Of a stretch of 64,000 bases of DNA, positions 8,868-17,766 are shown piece by piece (positions within the stretch are counted from its first letter, which is position 1; each line of letters starts with the position of its first letter). The stretch is from a virus. The notes beneath the pieces were generated by a model. The model did no database searches. It was not told the origin of the DNA and saw nothing but the letters and a program-made list of their open reading frames with translations. The position numbers and the translations under genes were made by a program. Where the stretch lies: positions 10,819 through 74,818 of the IMG/VR virus record IMGVR_UViG_3300034072_000375; one strand, given 5' to 3'.

Positions 8868-9212
8868 ATGTTCAAATTTATCAGTGGTCTTTTTGACTCT
8901 TCTAGTACAGCTAATCTTCAAGAGGGTTTTTCTTGGAATGTACCCTATGACGGAGAATTTCATAAGTATCATGATGGAGAGTCACCATACCTATCACAAG
9001 CAGAAATCCAAATGCTTCAACACATGATGGCTCAGTACATCCGAACGCATGAACAAGTACGCAAGGAGTTCAAGGAAGAAGCCTTGAGCTATCCTGTAGG
9101 GGATGAAATGCGGAATATGCTTTTCCGAGAGCACCGGGAAATCAAAGCAAAACTCAAAAAGCTCTCTGCTCTGCAATATCGCTTGAAGCATAAGATTGCT
9201 GCTCGGGGTTAA
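8868..9212 (+). CDS. hypothetical protein
   Basis: AAGGAG RBS. Confidence 0.75.
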   Translation: MFKFISGLFDSSSTANLQEGFSWNVPYDGEFHKYHDGESPYLSQAEIQMLQHMMAQYIRTHEQVRKEFKEEALSYPVGDEMRNMLFREHREIKAKLKKLSALQYRLKHKIAARG

Positions 9213-9312
9213 AGGCTCGGGAAGGCCCCTAATGGCCCCTAGAAGGTGGTTTAAATGCTGAAGTAAGGGGTAGGTAGCCTGAGGCATAGATAATTGATTG
9301 TAGGCGGTTTAA
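9210..9312. repeat. phased intergenic element, copy 2 (core TAAGGGGTAGGTAGCCTGA at 9264-9282)
   Basis: 19-bp exact inverted match to 3210-3228; ~10-bp TAA/TAG phasing. Confidence 0.7.
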
Positions 9313-9525
9313 ATGGAAATAATCCTAATCATTCAAGGTGTCTTGATTGCCCTTCTGGTTTGGAGGGTGATTCATCTTGGAAACCTTGTAGAGAAAATGC
9401 TAATTTGGCAAGATGATGTGGTAGCATTTCAGAATGCTCAGGTGTATTTGAATGGAATGCAGCGAGAGATTAATTCCTTGCTTGCTAAAGAGGTTAGTAG
9501 TCTTAATTTGATTGTAAAGGACTAA
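9313..9525 (+). CDS. small membrane-anchored protein
   Basis: N-terminal hydrophobic helix. Confidence 0.6.
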   Translation: MEIILIIQGVLIALLVWRVIHLGNLVEKMLIWQDDVVAFQNAQVYLNGMQREINSLLAKEVSSLNLIVKD

Positions 9526-9680
9526 CCATGTGGGTTGTTTATCTAATAGACGCAAGTGGATTCGACTGGGGTCATAAGTACTTTAATCACGAAGAGAACG
9601 CACGAAAGCATTTTGAAATGCTGGAGAAGGTGAAGATGTATTCTTTGCCTTGCATAAATAGAATTCTGACAGAGGACTAG

Positions 9681-10064
9681 ATGAGTCGTAAACGCTATAC
9701 AATTTTCAGCACGACCTTTGATAAAAGAGGGAGGGCTATTGCTACAGGGATGAATGATTACTTCCGAAGTCATCCTTTGATGAAGTTTCATGCAGAACTC
9801 GTAGGAGAGTCCTCGGAGAAGATTTGGAAGCATAGTGAACTTGAAGCCTTGTTGCAGAGTAAGTCGAAAGAAGTGCACAGTATTCTTGTACAGCGTTTTG
9901 ATAGCGAAGGTAGACCGAAGCTTGCAAAGCCTTGTAGGACTTGTCAGAGTATTATCAAGAGCTATGGAGTGAAGATTGTAAGATATACGACTGAAGAAGG
10001 GATCGAAGAGTATGAAGAACAAGCACATCAAAGCCTACATGAAGTGCGCTCAAGCATTTGCTGA
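9681..10064 (+). CDS. cytidine/dCMP deaminase-fold protein
   Basis: HSE...PCRTC zinc-deaminase motif. Confidence 0.8.
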   Translation: MSRKRYTIFSTTFDKRGRAIATGMNDYFRSHPLMKFHAELVGESSEKIWKHSELEALLQSKSKEVHSILVQRFDSEGRPKLAKPCRTCQSIIKSYGVKIVRYTTEEGIEEYEEQAHQSLHEVRSSIC

Positions 10065-10428
10065 ATGCAGCCCTGCTACTCGTGCTAAGGTTGGTGCAGT
10101 GATTGTCAAGGATAACCGGATCATTTCTTGTGGTTATAATGCCTTTCCTGCACACATCGATGGCCCTTGTGAGTTACCAGATGGAACCACCGATCCACGA
10201 CTTCGCCACGCAGAAAAGAATGCGCTGATGGGTCTTGTACGAAACTCTGGAAGTGCTGTTGGTGCTACAATGTTCTGTACATTGAGTTGCTGCGCGTTGT
10301 GCGCAAACGACATTATTGATGCAGGGATTGTCGAATTCCTGTTTCTTGAAACATACCGTGACACCTCTGGGCTTGACTTACTGAAACAAGCAGGTATAAT
10401 CACAAGACAGGTTCAATTTAAGGAGTGA
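10012..10428 (+). CDS. dCMP deaminase
   Basis: KVGAVIVKDNRIISCGYN, HAEKNA, CCALC. Confidence 0.9.
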   Translation: MKNKHIKAYMKCAQAFAECSPATRAKVGAVIVKDNRIISCGYNAFPAHIDGPCELPDGTTDPRLRHAEKNALMGLVRNSGSAVGATMFCTLSCCALCANDIIDAGIVEFLFLETYRDTSGLDLLKQAGIITRQVQFKE

Positions 10429-10432
10429 AATT

Positions 10433-10828
10433 ATGCCTACACTGTATTTGATTCGAGGTATTCCAGGTTCCGGTAAGAGCAGCCTTGCCCGGATTCTTTT
10501 CGCTAATCAGGTTGTTGACGACTGCATTGAAGCTGACGAATATTTTGTGAATGACGGGGTTTATATTTTCAACCCTTACAAACTGAAGGATGCACATGCT
10601 TGGTGTCAAGACCGTACCAGGGTTCTCCTCGGTCGTGGATATAATCTTGCTGTATCCAACACCAGCACCACAGAACAAGAAGTTGAGACGTACCGTAAGA
10701 TTGCAGAAGAATGCAAGGCTAAGTTTATTAGTTTGATTGTCGAGAACCGTCATGGTGGGGAGAACATTCATAATGTTCCAGAAGAAAAGATTCAACAAAT
10801 GAAGAAACGCTTTAGTTTCAAGCTGTAA
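10433..10828 (+). CDS. polynucleotide kinase (AAA_33 P-loop)
   Basis: LYLIRGIPGSGKS, EAD, VSNT, HNVP motifs. Confidence 0.85.
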   Translation: MPTLYLIRGIPGSGKSSLARILFANQVVDDCIEADEYFVNDGVYIFNPYKLKDAHAWCQDRTRVLLGRGYNLAVSNTSTTEQEVETYRKIAEECKAKFISLIVENRHGGENIHNVPEEKIQQMKKRFSFKL

Positions 10829-10836
10829 AGGAAGAT

Positions 10837-11694
10837 ATGCTGAATACCTATGAACAAATGCTTGATCTTGTAAATCAGAAACTTGCGACTGTTTCTGTCA
10901 ATGGGAACTTGTCTACTTTTAAGTACGCCAAACGTGTAATGTTTGATTATCTTTGGGACACCAATCCGTTGCTATCGGAGTGCAGAGGTCACACATATGA
11001 CAACACCACAGGAGAGATTGTAGTTGCTGCTCCGACTAAGAGTTTCAACTATCTAGAGAACAATTGGGGTCGAGAACTACAACCTGATACGAAAGTTCAG
11101 ATTGCTAAGAAGTACAACGGCTTCCTTGCTTGTGTATCTAAACATGAAGGTGAAATCGTAGTCAGCACAACTGGAAGCACTAAGTCTGAATTCGTAGTAA
11201 TGGCTAAGAGTTTGATGCCTTGTTCTGATCCAGATGTTTATGATTCTTCTGTTACAGATTTCTATGAAATTATCCACGAAGATGATCCTCACATTGTAGA
11301 CGAGGGTAAGTTCCGTGCTGAGTGGTTAGGTTGCCGGGATAAGTCAAGCGGAGAAATTCTTGCTTGGGCAGGTCTTTCTGATTTTATGACGCGAGATGAG
11401 GCACTTCAAGTTGCAGCGAACGACAAGGGAGAAGGTTTCATGATGTATGCCGAAGGTGATTATAGTAAAGCGTTCAAATTGAAGACTCCTTATTACTTAG
11501 GCAAGAAAAAACTAATGCGAATGTCCAAAAACAACGTAGATACAATGTACAAGTTACCTAAGACCGTGATAGAATCACTTCCTGAAATGTGGAAACACCT
11601 TCCTGAAATTATTACTGTTATGTTTAGCAAGGAAGAATGGATTGAAATGAACGACCAAGAACGACGAAAGTTTCTTGAGGCTATTGTTAATTAA
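10837..11694 (+). CDS. RNA ligase (Rnl1-like)
   Basis: ECRG, KSFNYLE, KYNG (motif I), EII, EGF, KLK; adjacent to PNK. Confidence 0.8.
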   Translation: MLNTYEQMLDLVNQKLATVSVNGNLSTFKYAKRVMFDYLWDTNPLLSECRGHTYDNTTGEIVVAAPTKSFNYLENNWGRELQPDTKVQIAKKYNGFLACVSKHEGEIVVSTTGSTKSEFVVMAKSLMPCSDPDVYDSSVTDFYEIIHEDDPHIVDEGKFRAEWLGCRDKSSGEILAWAGLSDFMTRDEALQVAANDKGEGFMMYAEGDYSKAFKLKTPYYLGKKKLMRMSKNNVDTMYKLPKTVIESLPEMWKHLPEIITVMFSKEEWIEMNDQERRKFLEAIVN

Positions 11695-11704
11695 GGAGTA
11701 CAAT

Positions 11705-12283
11705 GTGACAACCTATATGACCTCGGATTTGCACTTTTACCATAAGAACATTTGCAAGTTCACAGATCGACACAAGGTAGTCCAGCAAGAGCAACACGAA
11801 GAGTGGTTGATTGACATTTGGAATAATACTTGCACGAAATCTGATAAGGTATGGCATTTAGGTGATTTTACTTTTCTGTCCAGGTACGAAGAAATTGCTG
11901 CACTTGTAAAGAAACTACCGGGTCAGAAGTTCTTCATCAAGGGTAATCATGATCGTACAAAGGTTTTGGATGCTTTGAAGAAAGACGGATTGATTCAAAA
12001 TTGGTATCATTACGAAGAAATCAAGATTGGTGAAACACCTGCGTGTTTGTTTCACTTTCCTATTGCGTCATGGCACAAAGTAGGTTATGGTGCTTGGCAC
12101 CTCCACGGCCATTCTCACGGGTCATATAAAGTCGAGCAAGGGAAAATCCTTGACGTAGGAATTGATAGCGCGTATAATTTATACGGTGAACACAAGTTCT
12201 TCTCGGAAGAAGATATCATAGAGTACATGAGCAACCGACAGATTAAAACTGTAGATCATCACCGAATTGTTGAAAAGGACTAA
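11705..12283 (+). CDS. calcineurin-like metallophosphoesterase
   Basis: SDLHF, LGD, GNHD, HFP, HGHSH; GTG start after AAGGAG. Confidence 0.9.
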   Translation: MTTYMTSDLHFYHKNICKFTDRHKVVQQEQHEEWLIDIWNNTCTKSDKVWHLGDFTFLSRYEEIAALVKKLPGQKFFIKGNHDRTKVLDALKKDGLIQNWYHYEEIKIGETPACLFHFPIASWHKVGYGAWHLHGHSHGSYKVEQGKILDVGIDSAYNLYGEHKFFSEEDIIEYMSNRQIKTVDHHRIVEKD

Positions 12284-12284
12284 C

Positions 12285-12533
12285 ATGCTAACAAACATCC
12301 TAGAATTCTTCCGAGGGAAGAAAGATACTTTTGTAAAAACAAACGTATCTAGAGAGCATTACATGCCAGCTTACGTTGATAGCGACTTAGGAACCTACTG
12401 GCCTTCACAGTGGGATGAAGTACAAGTTGAAGAAATCGACTGGGAAGCCTTTGAGCAAGCCATGAAGGAACTTGAGGAGTCTTTTCAAGAAGGTGGAAGT
12501 AATTCGCACCGTAATCCATTGGTGAAATCATGA
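12285..12533 (+). CDS. hypothetical protein
   Basis: Operon packing, AAGGA RBS. Confidence 0.6.
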   Translation: MLTNILEFFRGKKDTFVKTNVSREHYMPAYVDSDLGTYWPSQWDEVQVEEIDWEAFEQAMKELEESFQEGGSNSHRNPLVKS

Positions 12534-12871
12534 GCGAATACATACCTGATTCATGGGTTATCGTTAAGATTCAATCCGAGAAATATGGAACAATCTATAA
12601 AGTTCTAGCAGGCTGGTCTGGAAGTTATCTCTATGGTGCTTCTTGGAAGCTCTCTTCGGGGATTGTTACCTTTGAAGACAAGGGGGAGCATTACGAATCC
12701 TTGCAAGATTCTGGAAGCACTTACACTCTGTATAAGAGTTCAGAGAGAATGAGTGCTATTATGGCTAGTACTTTTGCAAGTTTTGAAGAGCAACTTAAAG
12801 GGAATGATGGTGCAATTGAAGTGATTGATTCAGGAGATTACGTGAATAATAGCAAAGGAGTGACTGAGTGA
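12530..12871 (+). CDS. conserved phage hypothetical protein
   Basis: PDSWVIVKI..YKVLAGWSGSYLYGASWKLSSGI, a widespread phage family. Confidence 0.75.
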   Translation: MSEYIPDSWVIVKIQSEKYGTIYKVLAGWSGSYLYGASWKLSSGIVTFEDKGEHYESLQDSGSTYTLYKSSERMSAIMASTFASFEEQLKGNDGAIEVIDSGDYVNNSKGVTE

Positions 12872-13188
12872 CCAACAAAATCTACGCTAAAGACCTTGCA
12901 CGAGCAATGTCTGAGACTTCTGATAAGATGTACACCATTTACGAGTGCCAAGATTTCTTGGATATCTTCCAAAGGACTATCGAAGGGTTGATGCTTGAAG
13001 GCACTCAAGTAACCCTTACAGGCTTTGGTTCATTCGCCCCTAAGTACAGCAAGCCAAGGGTTATGACTTCTGGGCTTACAGGAAAGGATTATGAAGTCCC
13101 TGCTGGGATGACTATGAAGTTCGTGGTTAGTCCTGCGTTTCAAGAAAATCTAAAGGCTAAATTCAGTGAAAGGAAGAGTCATGAGTGA
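12868..13188 (+). CDS. HU/IHF-like DNA-binding protein
   Basis: VTLTGFGSF, beta-arm, MKFVVSPAF; HU fold signature. Confidence 0.85.
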   Translation: MTNKIYAKDLARAMSETSDKMYTIYECQDFLDIFQRTIEGLMLEGTQVTLTGFGSFAPKYSKPRVMTSGLTGKDYEVPAGMTMKFVVSPAFQENLKAKFSERKSHE

Positions 13189-13331
13189 CAATAAATCAGA
13201 CGTTGAACGTTTTTACGATGCAGTTGCGGCTAAGTTTGGGGTACAAAAGAAGTTCAGTGAATTGACGCCTATGGAAGTCAATATTCTCTGTCAAGGTGTG
13301 TCAATGATTTTGCAGGTTGTGAGAGACTGAT

Positions 13332-13553
13332 ATGAAAGCACCTTGTACAAGCTTTGGTCAAACTAAAATGGTTGACGTAAATGTTTACCTGAACGGTAAG
13401 AAACTTCAAGAAGTTTTTGAATGGGACGAGGACTATTGGATTTGTCGTCCTGAAGAGTGGTATGGTCTTATGTCAGAATCTTTGAAGTACAAGCGAGTAA
13501 GAGTTATTACCGAGGAAGATTGGAAGAAAGGTACACTATGCAACGACAATTAA
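13332..13553 (+). CDS. hypothetical protein
   Basis: Operon packing. Confidence 0.6.
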   Translation: MKAPCTSFGQTKMVDVNVYLNGKKLQEVFEWDEDYWICRPEEWYGLMSESLKYKRVRVITEEDWKKGTLCNDN

Positions 13554-13933
13554 TCTACTCAGCATGGAAGACACCAGACGGTACGCTTCTACATAGCCGA
13601 CACAGGCATGACTATTGCGAACACTTTGATGCCGTATCTAAGGAATGGTATATTCTTGATGGAGGCGCGGATTACCAAAGATGTTCTATCAATACAGTAC
13701 CTCCAGAAGACTTGACGCTTTATGCTGATGCCCCTCACGAGAAGATCAGAGAAGTCTTTATCTGGAAGTCCTACGGAAAGAACTTCTCGCAGCCTGAAGG
13801 GGTTTATACACTGCTGAAGGATTTGACGGATGATCATTTAGAGGCTATACTTGATACACAGACGCATCTTCCTGAGTATATCTTGGAGATGTTTAGGAAT
13901 GAGCAATTGTTTAGGAAGGAAAACCAATGCTAA
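13538..13933 (+). CDS. conserved phage hypothetical protein
   Basis: TPDGTLLHSRHRHDY...DGGADY motif; likely start MQRQLI. Confidence 0.75.
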   Translation: MQRQLIYSAWKTPDGTLLHSRHRHDYCEHFDAVSKEWYILDGGADYQRCSINTVPPEDLTLYADAPHEKIREVFIWKSYGKNFSQPEGVYTLLKDLTDDHLEAILDTQTHLPEYILEMFRNEQLFRKENQC

Positions 13934-14274
13934 CAATCCAAGACTGGCTTGACGCTGGCTACAAACGCTACGACAATCATGCATACAATAACGCGGACTT
14001 CCTCCTGCAGAAACGCTTCGATGATTCAGAGGGTAAGAAGTACTTCATTGACATTTGGGTGTACGAGCACTCAAAGCATGAGTACTACAGTCGCAACCCT
14101 GCCTTGCCGCCTGTGGGTTTTCAACCTGAAGTACAATTTCAGCGAGGAGATAAGATGACGTTGGACATGACGTTTATCATGAATCAAGACAGCACTATTG
14201 CTGAGATTGAACAAGAGGTTGAGTGCTTTTGGTTGTTTCTGGAGAAGCCTTATTACCGCAAGTGGGAGGAATAA
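13927..14274 (+). CDS. hypothetical protein
   Basis: AAGGA RBS. Confidence 0.7.
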   Translation: MLTIQDWLDAGYKRYDNHAYNNADFLLQKRFDDSEGKKYFIDIWVYEHSKHEYYSRNPALPPVGFQPEVQFQRGDKMTLDMTFIMNQDSTIAEIEQEVECFWLFLEKPYYRKWEE

Positions 14275-14277
14275 ACT

Positions 14278-14517
14278 ATGACAGTAAAAGTTAAATTCAA
14301 AGGCGATAAGATCAAGGTTCAAGCTGGTGAGGGTTATTGCTCGAATGTCAAGGACTTGTTGATTCTTACGGATAACGGGAACGGGTACTTCGTGAAACGC
14401 AAGAGTTATGTTTCAACGGAAGCAGATCAGGTGTTTAACCTAGATTATGCTGCGTTGGAGTACTTGTACTTTGCTTATAAGGCTATTTTGGAGAAGGATG
14501 GACATTGTGAAGATTAA
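14278..14517 (+). CDS. hypothetical protein
   Basis: GGAGG RBS. Confidence 0.65.
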   Translation: MTVKVKFKGDKIKVQAGEGYCSNVKDLLILTDNGNGYFVKRKSYVSTEADQVFNLDYAALEYLYFAYKAILEKDGHCED

Positions 14518-15049
14518 CCAAGCAGACACTTATAAATATGAGATATCTCATTTTGGTAAACTTGTTGAGCACGCAGAAGGTAAGGCGGGAGCTTGTTTTG
14601 ACAACGTGATTGATTACTGCGAGAAGTACAAAGAATTAGGTCAAAACACAGGTGTTTCACTGGTGCTTGGTTTGCGTACATTTGATGACGACAAGTGCAC
14701 AATGTGTTATCATTACTTAGTAAAGAACAATGACACCGGAGAATTCAGTGATCCTCAGTATTGGCGTTACACTTTTGTAGAACTTCATAATTGGTCGTTA
14801 GATGAATACAAACGAGAGATTGAGGAATTTGAAAATGAAAAAGGTTTCCGACAATCATCAGAATTCTTTCAGTGGTATTGTGAAAATAACAATAAAGCAT
14901 TGAAGTCCGTGATTGAACTTATTAAGGATTTAGCTGATTGCAAGGTGAAGCTGACTTCACAAGCAATTCGTGATTATTTTGAATTAGGTTATATCAGCTT
15001 CAAACCCACTTACGGTAAGAAAATGTTTTCTCTTTTGAATGTTGGTTAA
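14498..15049 (+). CDS. hypothetical protein
   Basis: Long ORF filling the gap before the primase. Confidence 0.65.
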   Translation: MDIVKINQADTYKYEISHFGKLVEHAEGKAGACFDNVIDYCEKYKELGQNTGVSLVLGLRTFDDDKCTMCYHYLVKNNDTGEFSDPQYWRYTFVELHNWSLDEYKREIEEFENEKGFRQSSEFFQWYCENNNKALKSVIELIKDLADCKVKLTSQAIRDYFELGYISFKPTYGKKMFSLLNVG

Positions 15050-15055
15050 GGAGGA

Positions 15056-16780
15056 TTGAAAATAGCAAATTTTGTTAAACACACATCCTGTCCAGACTGC
15101 GGCAGTAGTGACGGTTTGGCTGTGTATGACGATTCATCATCGCATTGCTTCGTATGTACAAAAACCATTCCTAGCGAAGAATATAAACAGGAACGAAAAA
15201 GTTATTCTAAGAATAAAAAAGTCAAAGTAAAAGGAAAGGATGAAATGACAGAAAAAGTAAAGGCTTCAGTTACACCAGAAGAAACAGAATCCCTCAAAGG
15301 GAAAACAGGTCTAACTGCTGGTGGATATCGAGGTATTCGTGATGATGTACTGAAAGTGTTCGGAGTACGCACTGAACTAGATGCGTCAGACGAGGTACTC
15401 GCACGTTACTATCCCTGTACAACCGAAGGAGAACTCACAGGATGGAAGCGCAGGGGTCATCCTAAGAACTTTGGAGGAAGCATCGGTAACACAGGAAACT
15501 CTTGCGATCTGTTCGGTCAATTCCGTTTCAAGAACGGTGGTAAAGTATGTCTGATTGTCGGCGGGGAAGAAGACCAACTCGCTGCTTATCAGATGTTGAA
15601 GGATTATTACGTTTCTAAAGGTTGGGACTTTGAACCCGTGGTGGTATCACCAACAGTAGGAGAAACGGGCTGTGCAAAGCAGATTGCCAATCAGTACTCT
15701 TGGTTCGATGGTTACTCCAAGATCGTGATTGGTATGGATACGGATGATGCTGGTAAGGCCGCAATTGAAAAGATTATTGCCGTTCTTCCAAAGGGGAAGA
15801 CTTTCATTGCTAACTGGTCGTTGAAAGACCCTAATGAAATGCTTTTGAAAGGTAAAGAAAAGCAGTTTATCAGTGATTTCTATAATGCTAAAGCGTATGT
15901 TCCGGTTGGAATAATGGCTTCTTCTGATCTTTATGATAAAATCCTGCAACAGGCATCTGTAGAAAAGACACCGTTTCCACCTTGGATGGGTAAACTCAAT
16001 GAGATGTTTGTGGGTGGTATGCCCGGCAATGCTATCATTAACATAGCAGCAGATACAGGTCTAGGAAAAACAACCCTTGTGAACTCTATGGTTGAGTATT
16101 GGATTTTTAACTCTCCGCATACGGTAGGTGTAGTATCGATGGAACTTGATTCTTCTCAGTACGGAGAAGCCCTTCTGGGTCAATATATTCATCGCAAGAT
16201 TTCTTTGATTGCTGACATGGACGAGCGTTTGCGCTTTTTGAAATCAGATGAGATTAAAGGTAAAGCGAATCAGTTATTTCTGAAAGAAGATGGTTCACCG
16301 CGCTTTTATCTTCTTGATAACAGAGATGGTTCTGTAGAAGACATTCAAGCTGCGATTGAAGAACTTGTAGTTGGTTGTGGAGTAAAGATTATCATTCTTG
16401 ATCCGTTGCAAGATGTACTCGATGGTCTATCAAACGAAGAACAGGCTCTTTTCATGAAATGGGCAAAGGGGCTTATTAAATCTCACGGAACAACACTGTG
16501 CCTGATTAATCATATGAGGAAGACCCCTGCCGGTCAGTCTGGGGGTGATCATGAAAGCAACATTATGGGGTCAAGCACTATTATTAAATCAGCTAGTGCT
16601 AATATCTTATTGAAAAGGGATAAAATGTCAGACGACCCGATTTTACGCAACACCACAGAGATTTCGGTCACAAAGAATAGACTATACGGTATTACTGGCC
16701 CAGCAGGTGCTGTTTACTACGACAACCAAACAGCGAGACTGCATAATTTAGATGATTGGTTAAACGAAAACGCAGGATAA
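15056..16780 (+). CDS. T7 gp4-like DNA primase-helicase
   Basis: N-terminal CPDCGSSD..CFVC zinc finger, TOPRIM (GGEED, DTDDAG, KDPNE), DnaB-like ADTGLGKTT, IILDP, KNR. Confidence 0.95.
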   Translation: MKIANFVKHTSCPDCGSSDGLAVYDDSSSHCFVCTKTIPSEEYKQERKSYSKNKKVKVKGKDEMTEKVKASVTPEETESLKGKTGLTAGGYRGIRDDVLKVFGVRTELDASDEVLARYYPCTTEGELTGWKRRGHPKNFGGSIGNTGNSCDLFGQFRFKNGGKVCLIVGGEEDQLAAYQMLKDYYVSKGWDFEPVVVSPTVGETGCAKQIANQYSWFDGYSKIVIGMDTDDAGKAAIEKIIAVLPKGKTFIANWSLKDPNEMLLKGKEKQFISDFYNAKAYVPVGIMASSDLYDKILQQASVEKTPFPPWMGKLNEMFVGGMPGNAIINIAADTGLGKTTLVNSMVEYWIFNSPHTVGVVSMELDSSQYGEALLGQYIHRKISLIADMDERLRFLKSDEIKGKANQLFLKEDGSPRFYLLDNRDGSVEDIQAAIEELVVGCGVKIIILDPLQDVLDGLSNEEQALFMKWAKGLIKSHGTTLCLINHMRKTPAGQSGGDHESNIMGSSTIIKSASANILLKRDKMSDDPILRNTTEISVTKNRLYGITGPAGAVYYDNQTARLHNLDDWLNENAG

Positions 16781-16806
16781 ATTGAAACAAGAAAGGATTT
16801 GTAAAT

Positions 16807-17748
16807 ATGAAACTTATAGACTTAACAGGTAAGAGATTTGAAAGACTTACAGCGGTAAGGGTGTCGGGTCATAAACCCGTTAAGTGGGAATGTGTCTGCG
16901 ATTGTGGCAATGTAGTAAATGTTTCCGCAGGTAATCTCACAAAGAAAACAAATTCAACACGTTCGTGCGGTTGCTTGTGGGCTTCTGATATTAAAATTGA
17001 AGTGGGACAAGTCAGAGATTCAAACTCGGGTAAGTTCGAGGTTGTTGAATTACTTGGAGGAGAAAAAGTCCTTTGTAGATTCGAAGACGGAAATACTGTT
17101 GTTGCACAAAAAGGAAACATCCGAATTGGCAACGTATGGAATCCGTATTATCCGGCCATTCATGGGATGGGATTTGTTGGAGTAGGAGATTACTCAACGA
17201 AAATTAAGGCTCATCATTATTGGTCTAAAATGATGCAGCGTGCGTATTGTCCTATTTATAAAAAAGAACATCCAACGTATGAAGATGTTACCGTGAGTCC
17301 TGATTGGTTAAATTATCAAATATTTGCTGAGTGGTGTACCAAAAGAAAGCAGTACGGAAACATGGGGTACAATCTTGATAAAGATATCATCGTCAGAGGA
17401 AACAAAATTTACTCAGAAGATCACTGTACACTTGTACCTCAAAGAATTAATAAGTTACTGATAACTAAAACAAACGTGCATTCAGATACGCCTCTTGGTG
17501 TAAAAAGAATTAAGGATAAATTTAACAGGGTGATAGGCTACACTGCGACTTGTCATGATAATGGAAAAGAACTATACTTCGGCTACTATTCTAATCCAGC
17601 AGATGCTTTCTTTGCTTACAAAGCAGGAAAAGAAGCCTTGATTAAGAGGGTTGCAGATGAATACAAGCACATGTTAGATGACAAAGTTTACGATGCTTTG
17701 TTAAAGTATGTAGTCTTTGACACAAATGGAATTGTTCAAATAGATTAA
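16807..17748 (+). CDS. free-standing HNH-type homing endonuclease
   Basis: DLTGKRFERL..WECVCDCGN..SCGC; W..M.QRAY; LDKDI...YSEDHC..VP..IN; AP2-like C-terminus. Confidence 0.8.
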   Translation: MKLIDLTGKRFERLTAVRVSGHKPVKWECVCDCGNVVNVSAGNLTKKTNSTRSCGCLWASDIKIEVGQVRDSNSGKFEVVELLGGEKVLCRFEDGNTVVAQKGNIRIGNVWNPYYPAIHGMGFVGVGDYSTKIKAHHYWSKMMQRAYCPIYKKEHPTYEDVTVSPDWLNYQIFAEWCTKRKQYGNMGYNLDKDIIVRGNKIYSEDHCTLVPQRINKLLITKTNVHSDTPLGVKRIKDKFNRVIGYTATCHDNGKELYFGYYSNPADAFFAYKAGKEALIKRVADEYKHMLDDKVYDALLKYVVFDTNGIVQID

Positions 17749-17766
17749 GCAAGATTAAGGAGTAAA

